This document shows positions 20,582-30,688 of a stretch of DNA of 64,000 nucleotides, piece by piece. This DNA comes from Candidatus Polarisedimenticolia bacterium (lineage in GTDB: Bacteria > Acidobacteriota > Polarisedimenticolia > Gp22-AA2). Position numbers and translations under genes: made by a program. The stretch spans positions 5,502 to 69,501 of the forward strand of contig DASYQE010000066.1 of the NCBI GenBank assembly GCA_036005805.1. The letters are read 5' to 3'. Positions within the stretch are counted from its first letter, which is position 1. Every line of letters starts with the position of its first letter. The notes beneath the pieces were generated by a model. It saw only the letters and a list, made by a program, of their open reading frames with translations. It searched no databases and was not told the DNA's origin.

Positions 20582-22825
20582 ATGCTGCCCTTCCGGACCG
20601 GATCGCTGCCGCTTCCGAATCCGCACGCCCTCGACGGAGCGCGGGCCGCCCGCCCGCGCCCCGCTTGGACGCGCCGCGCCCTGCTTCTCCTGGCCGCGCC
20701 TGCGGGGCTGACTCTGTTCCTGGCGGCGGGATTCGCGCACCACGTCTACTTCGATCGGCAGAACCTCCCCGACCTCGGGCCGTTTCTCCGGTTCGAACCC
20801 CCGACCACCGGTGAGATCTACGATGACCGCGGCAAGGTTCTCATCCAGCTGGCGCGGGAGTATCGCCGGGTGGTCTCCTACGACGAGGTTCCGCTCATCC
20901 TGCGCCAGGCGATCCTCGCGGCCGAGGACAAGAACTTCCTGACCCACTCCGGCGTGGAATACCGCGCGTTCCCGCGCGTCGTCGAGAAGTCCGCCGCGCA
21001 TTCGCTGGCGGGGTGGTGGAAGGGAGACGGATTCCGGCTGTGCTTTCCGCAGGGCGGATCGACCCTCACGCAGCAGCTCGTCCGCACTTACTTCCTTCAG
21101 GACCTGACAGTCCGCGAGAACAGCGACCTCCTGATCGAGGAGGGGATGACCACGCGCACCCTCGCGGCGATCCTGGGGGTTCGAGCCACGAACAAGCTCC
21201 TCCGGAAAACGGAGGAGATCCGCCTGTCCCTGTGGATCGAGGAGGAAATGCTCCGGCGCCACGGATCCAGGGAACGGGCCAAGCGCGAGATCTTCGCGCG
21301 TTACGCAAGCTTCATCTACCTGGGGAATGGCCGCTACGGCTTCGCCGCCGCGTCCGAGTACTACTTCGGCAAGCCCCTGTCGCTCTACACCCCGGACGAC
21401 GCGGCGGAGGCGGCGCTTTTGGCGGGGATCGGCAAGTCCCCCCGGGCATACGCTCCGACGTCCGGAACCGGGCGGCCCCTGGACCGCCGCAACGCGATCC
21501 TCGGCCTCATGGCGCGCGATGGGTTCATCTCCGAATCCCGCGCGCAGCGATTTCGCGCCGAACCGATTCGCCTGTCGGAGCGCAGCCTGGTCAAGACCGA
21601 GGCGCCTGGTGCCATCGCCAGCGTGCTCGCCGAGCTGGCGCTTCGTGGCGGCACCCGCTTCACGGTCGAGGACCTGCTGCAGGGACGGATCTCGGTCTAC
21701 GCGACGGTGGACGGCCGGGCCCAGACCATCGTCAACGAGGCGCTGGAGCGCGGCCTGGCCCTCTACGAAAAGCGGCATCGCCGCTCGACCGGGCTCATCC
21801 AGGGATCGGTGGTGGTGCTGCGCAATGCGGACGCGGCGATCCTGGCGGAGACCGGCGGCCGCCGGGTGTTCAAGGACCGCTCCAACCTGTACTCCGACTT
21901 CAACCGCGTCACCGGCTCGCTCCGACAGCCGGGCTCCGCATGGAAGCCGATGGTCTACCTGGCAGCGTTCCATCGCGGGCTGGACCTCGACACCACCGTG
22001 CCCGACGCACCCATCAGCGTTCCGGGCGGGGACGGCGCGGTGAAGTGGATCGCCAACTACGATCACCGGTTCAAGGGGCGGATCCCGGTCCGCCAGGCGC
22101 TCGCCGAGTCCCGCAACGCGGTGGCGGTGTGGCTCGCCCGCGAGGTCGGCATCTCCGAAGTGAACCGGACCGCCCGGAAACTGGGCATCCGGAGCCCGCT
22201 GCATCCCTACATCAGCACGGCGCTGGGCGCGTCGGAGGTGCGGCTGCTGGAGCTGGCGAGCGCCTATCGCGCCATGGCTTCGGGCCTTCCGGCAGAGCCG
22301 CACGTCATCGCCCGGGTGACCGACGCCTCCGGCGAGGTGGTGCTCTACGCGGCGCCCGGCGCGGCGCCGGAGTCCGTCTCCGGCGGACCGAACGCCGCCG
22401 AGCTGAGCCTGATCCAGGAAGGGCTGCGCGGAGTGGTCCGACTGCCGGACGGGACGGCCCACGCCCTCGACAGCCCCGACTTCCCGATCGCCGTGATGGG
22501 CAAGACCGGCACGACGAGCAGCTTCCGCGACGCGCTGTTCGTCGGGTCCACCTACGGACCGCAGGGGATCACGGTGGCCGTCCGCATCGGGTTCGACGAC
22601 AACCGCACGCTCGGCGAGAAGGAGACCGGGGCGCGCGCCGCCCTCCCGGTGTTCCGGGAGATCATGCTGCGCATTTACCACGACGGGATCGCGGGGCCGC
22701 CGCCCCGGTTCCCCGGCGACATCGAGGCGCGGATCGACGCGTACCTGGCGACGCAGTCCGTGCAGGAAGCCCAAAGCGCCGCGCCGCCGTCGACGAACTC
22801 CGGCGCGCGGCGATCCCGGCGCTAG
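20582..22825 (+). CDS. mrcA: penicillin-binding protein 1A (bifunctional transglycosylase/transpeptidase)
   Basis: GT51 motifs are AILAAEDKNFLTHSGVEY and GGSTLTQQLVR. Transpeptidase motifs are the SxxK box (PGSAWKPMVYLAA), SRN, and KTGTT. Confidence 0.9.
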   Translation: MLPFRTGSLPLPNPHALDGARAARPRPAWTRRALLLLAAPAGLTLFLAAGFAHHVYFDRQNLPDLGPFLRFEPPTTGEIYDDRGKVLIQLAREYRRVVSYDEVPLILRQAILAAEDKNFLTHSGVEYRAFPRVVEKSAAHSLAGWWKGDGFRLCFPQGGSTLTQQLVRTYFLQDLTVRENSDLLIEEGMTTRTLAAILGVRATNKLLRKTEEIRLSLWIEEEMLRRHGSRERAKREIFARYASFIYLGNGRYGFAAASEYYFGKPLSLYTPDDAAEAALLAGIGKSPRAYAPTSGTGRPLDRRNAILGLMARDGFISESRAQRFRAEPIRLSERSLVKTEAPGAIASVLAELALRGGTRFTVEDLLQGRISVYATVDGRAQTIVNEALERGLALYEKRHRRSTGLIQGSVVVLRNADAAILAETGGRRVFKDRSNLYSDFNRVTGSLRQPGSAWKPMVYLAAFHRGLDLDTTVPDAPISVPGGDGAVKWIANYDHRFKGRIPVRQALAESRNAVAVWLAREVGISEVNRTARKLGIRSPLHPYISTALGASEVRLLELASAYRAMASGLPAEPHVIARVTDASGEVVLYAAPGAAPESVSGGPNAAELSLIQEGLRGVVRLPDGTAHALDSPDFPIAVMGKTGTTSSFRDALFVGSTYGPQGITVAVRIGFDDNRTLGEKETGARAALPVFREIMLRIYHDGIAGPPPRFPGDIEARIDAYLATQSVQEAQSAAPPSTNSGARRSRR

Positions 22826-22832
22826 CCAAAGC

Positions 22833-25800
22833 TCACGCGCTCCCGGGCCGGACCGGCACGCGCACTTCAATCCGGGTTCCGTACCCGGGCCGCGATCTCA
22901 CCCGGATCGTGCCGTGGACCAGCCGCACCCGCTCCTTCATGCCCAGAAGCCCCAGCCCCTCTCCGCCCATCTTCCCGTCGACTTCGAACCCAAGGCCGCG
23001 ATCCTGGATCGTCAGATGCAGGACGCCGCGGACCGTCTTGAGCACGACGCTGGCGGACTTCGCGCCGGAGTGTTTCGCCACGTTCCGCAGGCCCTCCTGC
23101 GTCACCCGATACAGGCACAGGGCGATTTCCTCCGACAGGCCGACCGGCTCCTTCTGGGCGCTGAAATCGACGTCGATCTCTTCGCGACCGGAGAACTTGA
23201 CGCAGAACGACTTCAGCGCCGCCCGCAGCCCGAGGTGGGTGAGGATCGCCGGATGGAGGTCGTAGGCCAGGCGCCGGACCTCCTCGACGACCTTGGCGAT
23301 GTCCTCCTCGTGCGCCATGAAGCCCGCCTTGGCGGGCTCGCCTCCCGGAGTCAGCCGCGCGAGCCCGGCGGATCCGATCTGGAGCGCCGACAGCCTCTGG
23401 GTCAGGTCATCGTGCAGTTCCCTCGCGACCCGCTTTCTTTCGTCCTCCTGGGCCCGGATCAGCCGCCCCGCGAGGACCCGCAGCTCCGCGCGGCTCGCCC
23501 TGAGATCCAGCTTCTTTTCGCGCAGCGACGACTCGGCCCGCAGGCGGCCCTTCTGCACCGTGTCGCGCGAGGCGACCAGCCGCCGCTCCGCGAGCCGGAA
23601 CCTCGTGATGTCCTTCATGGTGATCAGGATGATCGTCCCTTCCTCTTCGTGCCGATCGAATTGTCGCGCGTCGATCGCCATGATCCGCGGAGGCGAGTCG
23701 CCGGCCTCGAACTCGATCTCGAAATCCCTGAGCCGCGAGCGGCGGCCCAGCGACTCCTCGAGAAGCCGCTTGAAGGCCGGGGAGCGGAACCCGCTCGGCT
23801 CCAGCTCGAACACCAGCCGATGCTCCATCGCGGTCGCCGAGGTGTGGAAGGTCTCGAGGAACGCACGGTTGGCCATGAGCACGCGCCGGTCGCCCCCCAG
23901 CACCAGCAGGGGTTCCTGGACGGCCTCCACGATCGTCCGGCTGAAGTTCCTGGCGCGTTCGACTTCCTGGAAGCTGCGCTTCAGGCGATCGATCTCGAAC
24001 AGCACCACGACGAGACCGCTGACCCGGCCGTCCTCGGTCCGGTAGGGGCGAAGCCGCATGGAATACCAGACGTTCAACCGATCCTGGACCTCGATGTCTC
24101 TGGCCCCCTGCGTCTTGAGCACCTCGGCCGCCACCTGTTCGAGGTCAGCGAACCTGAGAGTGTGCCGGACTTCGGAGACCGGGCGCCCGACATCCGCGGG
24201 GGTCAGCCCCATCACCTTGTCCGCGGCGGGCGTGGATCGGCGCAACTTCAGATCGCCCGTCAGGATCAGGATCGGAACGTCGACGCTTTTGACCAGGTTG
24301 GCGAGATCGTTGCCGATCTCCGTCAGGTCGCGGTTGCGCATCCCCAGCTGGTCGTTGACCGTCGTCAGCTCTTCGTTCGTCGATTCGAGCTCCTCATGCG
24401 AGGTCTGCAGCTCTTCGTTGGCGCTCTGCAGCTCCTCCATGCTCGCCATGAGCTCCTCGTTCGCCGCCTTGAGCTCCTCCTCGGCGGACTGGCGGCTGTC
24501 GATCAGCAGCCTGAGCTCGTTCCTCAGGCGGATCACCTCGCGTCCAGCGACGCTCCCTCCTGCCTTGCTCTTCGTGCCGGCCGGCGATTTCGTGCCTGGC
24601 GCGGCGGCGGACAGGGGGGCGACGGTCTCGAAGAGCACCAGGAGGCCGGCGCCCCGATCGGCGCGGGCGGGCATCGGGATGACCTCGAGAGAAGGCCTTC
24701 CGGGACCGTGGCCGCGCCGGGTCGGCCAGCCCTCCCTGCGGACGGGAGCGCCCGTCTTCCTGGCCCGACCCACCGCATCGGACAATTGCGGGATGAGGTC
24801 GCGCCTGACCAGCCGGAGGATGCTGAGGTTGGCTGTTCCGGGCGCAAACCGCACGTAGGGATGCGGGTCTCCGAGGATCTCGATCATCTCCAGCTTCTCG
24901 TTGATCACGACGCCCGCCGGAGCGTACCGCTCCATGATCAGCTGGTTCGCCTCCTCCCGGAGGCTCGGTCCGGTCCGTTCCCTGATGGCGGCGCGGACCG
25001 CCGGCCGCCTCCCGGATCCGGCCAGCCAGGCGGTGGCTCCCGCCACCTCTCCGGCGGGGGCCGGCTTCTTCCTGTAGACCCTGTGTTTCGCGTCCAGCGG
25101 GGCGAACCGGCCGGAGGAGCCGTCGGGCGTCTCGGCCTTCCCGAGGAGCAGGCAGCCGTCCGGCCTCAGGGCGTAGTGGAAGATCGACAGGATCGTTTCC
25201 TGGAGTGGCTTCCCCATGTAGATCAGGACATTGCGGCAGCTCACGAGATCGACCTTGGAGTAGGGAGGGTCTCTCGTGATGTCCTGCCGGGCGAAAACGC
25301 AGGCCTCGCGGACGCGCTGGCCGATCTTCCAGCCCTTGCCCAGTTTCACGAAGAACCGTCGCCGGCGCGCCGGCGAGACCGATCCCGCGATGCTCGACGG
25401 GTAGACCCCGGCGCGGGCCGTGGCGATGGCCTTCTCGCTCAGGTCGGTGGCGAAGATCTGAATCGGGTGATCGACGCGCAGACGATCGGTGACCTCGAAC
25501 AGAAGGATGGCGAGCGAATACGCCTCCTCGCCGGTGGAGCAGCCGGGGACCCAGACCCGGAACGGCTCCCGGGGCGGCTTCTTCTTCAGCAGCGAGGGCA
25601 GGATCCTCGTCTTCAGCCGCTCGAGGGTTTGCGGGTCCCGGAAGAACTCGGTGACCTTGATCAGGAGGTCTTCGTACAGGGCGTCCAGCTCCGCGGGTGT
25701 CCGGCGCAGGAAGCGGGCGTAGTCCGCGACACTCCGTATCTTGCCGAGAGTCATCCGGCGATGCAGCCGGCGCTGGACGGTGGCCTCCTTGTAGGCGGAG

Positions 25801-26510
25801 AAATCCACCCCGGTTCTCTCGCGCAGGCGCGCGAAGACTTCCGCCAGCCCTCCCGCCGGTGACTCCTTGGGCTCAACCGGCGCCGCGACGCCCGCAGCCG
25901 GCCGGAGATTTCGCGCGAACTGAACCAGCTTCGCGGCGATCTCCCGCGGCGGCAGGACGAAGTCCGCGGCGTTGGCCCGGATCGCGCTTCGGGGCATGCC
26001 GTCGTACCGGGCCGTGCCGGGATCCTGGGCGATGGTGATGCCGCCGGCGTTCCTGATCGCCGCCAGTCCCAACGTCCCGTCCGACGCGGTCCCGGAGAGG
26101 ATCACGCCGATCGCCCGTGGTCCGCGATCCCGCGCCAGCGAAGCGAGGAAATGATCGATCGGAAGGTTTTTCGCCGGCGCCTCGAGACGGCGCGAGAGGG
26201 TCAAGGTGCGCCGGTCGATGCTCATCCTCGTGTTGCGCGGGATCACGTAAACATGATCCGGCTCGAGGACCATCCCGTGCTTCGCCTCCCGGACCGGCAT
26301 GGAGGTCGTCCGGGCGAGCAGGGAGGTCAGGATGCTCTCGTGCTTCGGATCCAGATGCGAAACGAACACGATCGCCATCCCGGTATCGGCCGGCAGGTGC
26401 TCCAGCAGTGCGGAGAACGCCTCCAGACCGCCCGCGGAGGCGCCGACTCCGACGACGTCGCAGAGCCCGCGACGGCGCGCCTCCCGTCCCCGTTGGGGCT
26501 TTCTCGCCAT
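22833..26510 (-). CDS. CheB methylesterase-CheR methyltransferase-coiled coil-PAS-PAS-HisKA_3/HATPase fusion sensor kinase
   Basis: The CheB block is VGVGASAGGLEAFSALLEHLP. The CheR SAM site is RVWVPGCSTGEEAYSLAILL. An EEL-repeat coiled coil is EELKAANEELMASMEELQSANEELQTSHEELESTNEEL. The H-box is ARELHDDLTQRLSAL and the G-box is GLGLLGMKERV. I chose ATG 26510 (GGGAGG SD); the track start is 26678. There is no receiver domain. Confidence 0.85.
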   Translation of the reverse strand: MARKPQRGREARRRGLCDVVGVGASAGGLEAFSALLEHLPADTGMAIVFVSHLDPKHESILTSLLARTTSMPVREAKHGMVLEPDHVYVIPRNTRMSIDRRTLTLSRRLEAPAKNLPIDHFLASLARDRGPRAIGVILSGTASDGTLGLAAIRNAGGITIAQDPGTARYDGMPRSAIRANAADFVLPPREIAAKLVQFARNLRPAAGVAAPVEPKESPAGGLAEVFARLRERTGVDFSAYKEATVQRRLHRRMTLGKIRSVADYARFLRRTPAELDALYEDLLIKVTEFFRDPQTLERLKTRILPSLLKKKPPREPFRVWVPGCSTGEEAYSLAILLFEVTDRLRVDHPIQIFATDLSEKAIATARAGVYPSSIAGSVSPARRRRFFVKLGKGWKIGQRVREACVFARQDITRDPPYSKVDLVSCRNVLIYMGKPLQETILSIFHYALRPDGCLLLGKAETPDGSSGRFAPLDAKHRVYRKKPAPAGEVAGATAWLAGSGRRPAVRAAIRERTGPSLREEANQLIMERYAPAGVVINEKLEMIEILGDPHPYVRFAPGTANLSILRLVRRDLIPQLSDAVGRARKTGAPVRREGWPTRRGHGPGRPSLEVIPMPARADRGAGLLVLFETVAPLSAAAPGTKSPAGTKSKAGGSVAGREVIRLRNELRLLIDSRQSAEEELKAANEELMASMEELQSANEELQTSHEELESTNEELTTVNDQLGMRNRDLTEIGNDLANLVKSVDVPILILTGDLKLRRSTPAADKVMGLTPADVGRPVSEVRHTLRFADLEQVAAEVLKTQGARDIEVQDRLNVWYSMRLRPYRTEDGRVSGLVVVLFEIDRLKRSFQEVERARNFSRTIVEAVQEPLLVLGGDRRVLMANRAFLETFHTSATAMEHRLVFELEPSGFRSPAFKRLLEESLGRRSRLRDFEIEFEAGDSPPRIMAIDARQFDRHEEEGTIILITMKDITRFRLAERRLVASRDTVQKGRLRAESSLREKKLDLRASRAELRVLAGRLIRAQEDERKRVARELHDDLTQRLSALQIGSAGLARLTPGGEPAKAGFMAHEEDIAKVVEEVRRLAYDLHPAILTHLGLRAALKSFCVKFSGREEIDVDFSAQKEPVGLSEEIALCLYRVTQEGLRNVAKHSGAKSASVVLKTVRGVLHLTIQDRGLGFEVDGKMGGEGLGLLGMKERVRLVHGTIRVRSRPGYGTRIEVRVPVRPGSA

Positions 26511-26813
26511 GACCCTCCCAGGTGTGCCGGCCAGACTACCACGCCCGGCCAAAATGCCCTGTCCATCAGGGTCTTCCTGACGATGTGTCGGAAAGGAGGC
26601 CTCTTCGATCAAGGGGCTTCCTAGTGTTGCTTCCCGCCCCGCCGGAGTACAAAGACATTCGCACGGCAGCGTACGCATTCAGGGCCGATCCGGGCCGTCC
26701 GTGCGGGAAGCGTCAGCGAAAGACCCACGTCGTTTCCGCCTCGAGCGTCGAGGCCGGGGGCGAAGGGGGCGAAGCCCGCCGCGAACGCGGGCGAATCCGG
26801 GGGATCGAGCCTG

Positions 26814-27344
26814 ATGCCGACCGACCTGGTCCACGATGCGGGTGCCCGCTGGCACGTCCTGTGGACGCGCAGCCACTGCGAGCAGCTGGTGCACGACCAG
26901 CTCGCGGGCAAGCATTTCGATCTCTTCCTGCCGAAGTTCGAAGCCTGGACCAGACGCGCCGGAACGCAAAGGGTCGCCGGAACGCCACTTTTCCCGGGCT
27001 ACCTGTTCCTGCGCCACGCCCTCGACAAGGAGAGCTATGTCGAGGTGCGCAAGGCCCGCGGTCTGGTGTCGATCCTGGGAGACGGCTGGGATCGGCCGGC
27101 GGCGCTCCCCGACTCCGAGATCGACGCCATTCGACGGATGGTGGGAGCGAAGGCGCCGGTGGCGGCGCATCCCTACCTGAAGGAAGGACGGCGCGTCCGC
27201 GTCACGCGCGGATCGCTCGCCGGCCTCGAAGGGATTCTCCTGCAGCTCAAGATGAAACAGGGGCTCTTGGTCCTGTCGCTGAACCTGCTGCAGCGCAGCG
27301 TGGCGGTGGAAGTGGACTGCACCGCGGTCGAGCCGGCCCACTGA
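26814..27344 (+). CDS. NusG-family paralog (NGN plus KOW), operon-specific antiterminator candidate (RfaH/UpxY/LoaP-like role)
   Basis: The NGN pattern is WHVLWTRSHCEQLVHDQL...TPLFPGYLFL. The KOW pattern is GRRVRVTRGSLAGLEGILL. It is the first gene of the long EPS array. Confidence 0.8.
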   Translation: MPTDLVHDAGARWHVLWTRSHCEQLVHDQLAGKHFDLFLPKFEAWTRRAGTQRVAGTPLFPGYLFLRHALDKESYVEVRKARGLVSILGDGWDRPAALPDSEIDAIRRMVGAKAPVAAHPYLKEGRRVRVTRGSLAGLEGILLQLKMKQGLLVLSLNLLQRSVAVEVDCTAVEPAH

Positions 27345-27346
27345 GG

Positions 27347-28699
27347 ATGACCATGCCCGACACGATGAAACAGAGGCTCGGACCGGAGGTCGTCCTGTCC
27401 GTCTGGCGCAGGCGGAAATGGCTCGCCCTGTCGACCTTCGCCGCGATCCTCGCGGCCGCCGCCAGCGTGGCCGCCTTCCTGCCCGACCGCTACCGGGGCA
27501 TCGCCACGGTGCTGGTCGAGCGCCGGGCGACCGAGGCCTCGATGCCGGCCGCCGACACCAACGAGATGGAAACGCGCCTGCGCACGATTGGAGAGAAGAT
27601 CCTCAGCCGCGCGCAGCTCGAAGCCTTGATCCGGCGATTCCATCTCTACGAGACCGCCAGAGCGGAAGGAGCCTCCGCGGAGGCGATCGTCGAGCAGATG
27701 CGCCGGGACACCCACCTGGAGCTCAAGGGGATCGACCCGCTCGGCGGAGGCGGCGCGACCATCTCCTTCGCCCTCAGCTACTGGGGAGACGATCCCAAAA
27801 CCGCCGCCGCGGTCGCCAACACGATCGCGGCCAGCTACGTCGAGAACAACCGCCAGAGCCGCGAGCGCCAGGCCTCGTCCTCGGCCACATTCCTCAAGGC
27901 CCAGCTCGACGAGGCCAAGGCGCACCTGGACGACAGCAGCGCGCAGCAGGCGCGTCTGGTCGCGCGCCGCGACGGTCTCGTCAAGCGTCTGGCGTCGATG
28001 GAGCCCGGCAACAGCCCCAGGTCCATGGACGCCGTGCGCCTGGCGAATCTCCGGCAGGAGCTGGCCGGGCTGCTGACCCAGTACAAGGACTCCCACCCTC
28101 TGGTCGTCCGGATGCGGGGGGAAATCAAGGCGCTCGAGCTGCAGGTCGCCGGAGCCGCGCCGCAAGGCCGGAGCGCGGACGGCGAGGCGATCCAGCAGGC
28201 GAGGGACGCGCTGGCCCAGACGAACGCCCTCGTCCTGTCGAGCGATTACGCCACCGCGAGCGACCATTACCTGTCCCTGATGAAACTCTACGAGGAGGCG
28301 CGGCTCAACGAGAGCAAGGAGCAGGACGCGCAGGGCGTCCAGTTCGCCATCCTGGATCCGGCGGTCGTGCCGGATCGGCCCGCGTCGCCCAACCGGTTCC
28401 GCATCCTGTTCGGAGGCCTGGTCCTGTCGATCGGGATGGCGTTCGGTGCCGTCGTGGCGGCGGAACACCTCGACACGACCTTCCACGCGCTGGACGACCT
28501 GCGCGCTTTCACGCGGGTCCCGATCCTGGCGAGCATCTCGCGCATCGCCACGAGGAGGGAGACCTGGCGGCGCCGGTTCCGCCTGCTGCTGGGATTCTGC
28601 CTGGCGGCCGCCGGCCTGCTGCTCGTCGTCGGGATGTCCTGGCTCGTCGCGCACCGGGGCGGCTCGGTGCTGACGATGCTCGTCGGAGGTCACGCCTGA
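27347..28699 (+). CDS. polysaccharide co-polymerase / chain-length determinant (Wzz/GumC-like, PCP)
   Basis: It has an N-terminal TM (WLALSTFAAILAAAASVAAFL), a long coiled-coil periplasmic region (LKAQLDEAKAHLD..., LRQELAGLLTQYKDSHPLV) and C-terminal TM segments. It starts 2 nt after the NusG-like stop. The track ORF 26522..28699 is an artefactual extension. Confidence 0.75.
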   Translation: MTMPDTMKQRLGPEVVLSVWRRRKWLALSTFAAILAAAASVAAFLPDRYRGIATVLVERRATEASMPAADTNEMETRLRTIGEKILSRAQLEALIRRFHLYETARAEGASAEAIVEQMRRDTHLELKGIDPLGGGGATISFALSYWGDDPKTAAAVANTIAASYVENNRQSRERQASSSATFLKAQLDEAKAHLDDSSAQQARLVARRDGLVKRLASMEPGNSPRSMDAVRLANLRQELAGLLTQYKDSHPLVVRMRGEIKALELQVAGAAPQGRSADGEAIQQARDALAQTNALVLSSDYATASDHYLSLMKLYEEARLNESKEQDAQGVQFAILDPAVVPDRPASPNRFRILFGGLVLSIGMAFGAVVAAEHLDTTFHALDDLRAFTRVPILASISRIATRRETWRRRFRLLLGFCLAAAGLLLVVGMSWLVAHRGGSVLTMLVGGHA

Positions 28700-29481
28700 T
28701 GTCCTCGAACCTCGGCACCCTGGACCAGGCGGCGCGCGCGGAGTCGGCGCGGCAGCAGCCGGTCCCGTCGCCGTCCCGCTCGGCCGGATTCAAGCCGGGC
28801 GAGCAGCTCGTCAGCCTCCGCTCCAGCGAGTCGTTCGAAGCCAACATGTACCGGATCCTGACGCACCGGATCGAGCACGCGGACGCCAACGCCGGCCGCG
28901 GGGTGATCGCCGTGACCAGCCCGGGCGCCGGCGAGGGAAAGACCACGACCGCCATCAACCTCGCCGGGACCCTGGCCCAGTCGCAGGGGTCGCGCGTGCT
29001 GCTCATCGATGCCGATCTTCGCCTTCCCGGCGTGGCCGCGCAGCTGGGGCTTCCCGGCGGCGGGCCGGGACTGGCCGACGCGATTCTCGACGCCGAACTC
29101 CCGCTCGAGAAGGTCGTCCACCACGACCCCCGCTTCAACCTGTCCATCCTGACCTCCGGCCGCCGTCTCGCCGGGCCGTACGAGGCGCTCCGGTCGCCGC
29201 GACTGGGCGACCTCCTCGACCAGGCGCGGCGCGCCTACCACTACGTCATCGTCGACACGCCCCCGGTGCTGCCCGTGCCCGACTGCCGGGCCATCGCGCA
29301 TTGGGCGGACCGTCTGCTCCTCGTCGTCGCCGCGCATCGGACGCCGCGCCGATACCTGGAGGAGGCCTTGAACGCGCTCGACCAGGACAAGATCGCCGGC
29401 CTGGTGTTCAACAGCGCCGATCCGCCGCCCGCGGGACCCTACGCGTACTACCGCGGTTACGGCGCGCCGCCGGCGCGCTGA
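28699..29481 (+). CDS. BY-kinase (CpsD/CapB-type protein-tyrosine autokinase), stand-alone
   Basis: Walker A is VTSPGAGEGKTTTAINLA, Walker A' is RVLLIDADLR and Walker B is YVIVDTPPVLPV. The C-terminal Tyr cluster is PYAYYRGYG. Its ATG shares one base with the upstream TGA (TGATG). Confidence 0.85.
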   Translation: MSSNLGTLDQAARAESARQQPVPSPSRSAGFKPGEQLVSLRSSESFEANMYRILTHRIEHADANAGRGVIAVTSPGAGEGKTTTAINLAGTLAQSQGSRVLLIDADLRLPGVAAQLGLPGGGPGLADAILDAELPLEKVVHHDPRFNLSILTSGRRLAGPYEALRSPRLGDLLDQARRAYHYVIVDTPPVLPVPDCRAIAHWADRLLLVVAAHRTPRRYLEEALNALDQDKIAGLVFNSADPPPAGPYAYYRGYGAPPAR

Positions 29482-29527
29482 CGCGCCGCCTCACGTCCTC
29501 GTTCCACCGAATCGAACATTTCAATCC

Positions 29528-30688
29528 ATGAATCCCGTGTGGCACTTCCTCGCGTCGCAATTCGTCCTGTCGATGGCCGGCATCGTCCTCGGGATGGGGA
29601 TGGTGTGCGCCCTGGTGCCGGGGATCCGGCAGACCGCCGTCGGCAGGGCCGTGCGCCTCGCCCGCGCCGGGGAGCGCGTCCTCATCCTCGGCTCCGGCGC
29701 ACTCGCCGAGGAGCTGATCCAGGAGATGAAGGCCCGCGGCTCACGCTGGACGATCGTCGGTGTCATTCCCGACGTGCGCTCTTCCCAGCCGGAGTCGCCC
29801 TACCCGGTCCTGGGGTCGATCGCCGACATGGGCCGCATCGTCGACACCGCGCGTCCGCAGCGGATCGTCGTCGCGCTCGACGAACGCCGCGGGCGGCTGC
29901 CGGTCGAAGCGCTGCTCGATTCGCGCGTGCGGGGCATCGCCGTGGAGCAGGGGGTCGAGTTCTACGAGCGCCTGACCCGCAGGCTGGCGATCGATTCGCT
30001 CCGACCGAGCTCGCTGATCTTCTCCGCCGGGTTCTACCGGCGCCGGTTCGCCGGCAGCGCGAGCCGCGGCATGAGCTTCTTCCTGTCGGCGCTCGCTCTC
30101 GTCGTGACCGCCCCGTTGTGGCCGCTGATCGCGATCGCCATCCGGCTCGATTCGCCCGGGCCGGCGATCTTCCGGCAGGATCGCGTCGGGCGCGCGGCCC
30201 GGACATTCCGTCTCCTGAAGTTCCGCTCCATGTGCGCCGAAAGAGGGGGCGGCTCCTCGTGGGTCCGCGACAACACGGCCCGCATCACCCGCGTCGGCCG
30301 CTTCCTCCGCTGGTCCCACCTCGACGAGCTGCCGCAGCTCCTCAATGTCCTGCGCGGGGACATGAACCTGGTCGGCCCCCGCCCGCACCCGGTCGCCAAC
30401 TTCGCCCTGTTCAACGCCGCCATCCCCTACTACGCCCTGCGCGCCGCGATCCGGCCGGGTGTCACCGGCTGGGCGCAGGTCTGCTACCGCTACGCCAACA
30501 CGCTCGCGGAAGAGTCGGCGAAGATGCGTTACGACCTCTACTACATCAAGCATCGCTCGCTGTGGTTCGACCTGAGGATTCTCGCCCGCACGGCGCGCGT
30601 CCTGCTGCTGGGGCTTCGCCGCGAGAGGGCGATGACGACCCGGGAAAGTCCCGCCATCACCGGACCGGAAGTGGCGAGGGCCGCATGA
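29528..30688 (+). CDS. polyprenyl-phosphate glycosyl-1-phosphate (priming) sugar transferase, EpsB/WbaP-like
   Basis: Bacterial sugar transferase motifs are IFRQDRVGRAARTFRLLKFRSM and LDELPQLLNVLRGDMNLVGPRP. An N-terminal Rossmann-like block is RVLILGSGALAEEL. Confidence 0.85.
   Translation: MNPVWHFLASQFVLSMAGIVLGMGMVCALVPGIRQTAVGRAVRLARAGERVLILGSGALAEELIQEMKARGSRWTIVGVIPDVRSSQPESPYPVLGSIADMGRIVDTARPQRIVVALDERRGRLPVEALLDSRVRGIAVEQGVEFYERLTRRLAIDSLRPSSLIFSAGFYRRRFAGSASRGMSFFLSALALVVTAPLWPLIAIAIRLDSPGPAIFRQDRVGRAARTFRLLKFRSMCAERGGGSSWVRDNTARITRVGRFLRWSHLDELPQLLNVLRGDMNLVGPRPHPVANFALFNAAIPYYALRAAIRPGVTGWAQVCYRYANTLAEESAKMRYDLYYIKHRSLWFDLRILARTARVLLLGLRRERAMTTRESPAITGPEVARAA

Noticed and set aside
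26511-26813. An ops-like (GGCGGTAG) NusG-paralog recruitment site, or a clear sigma-70 promoter, in the EPS operon leader. One candidate was TTGCTT…TACAAA near 26636-26662.
   Set aside because: No ops-like string is present. The -35/-10 candidate has a 15-nt spacer and weak hexamers, so I do not call a promoter. A 7-bp hairpin (GCCTCGA/TCGAGGC, about 26739-26755) is too weak to interpret.
26522-28699. Upstream extensions of real genes in the ORF track: 26522..28699, 29539..32031, 37106..39049, 37870..40950, 39060..41993, 45840..48047, 57819..59057, 59448..61517, 61865..63427, 15637..18162, 15236..16237, 22833..26678, 51492..54080.
   Set aside because: The N-terminal parts overlap the preceding gene in another frame and are low-complexity. 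In each case an internal ATG or GTG with an SD or a stop-start overlap marks where recognisable protein sequence begins, for example MCGI… for the AsnB paralogs. I trimmed to those starts. Exact starts remain provisional.
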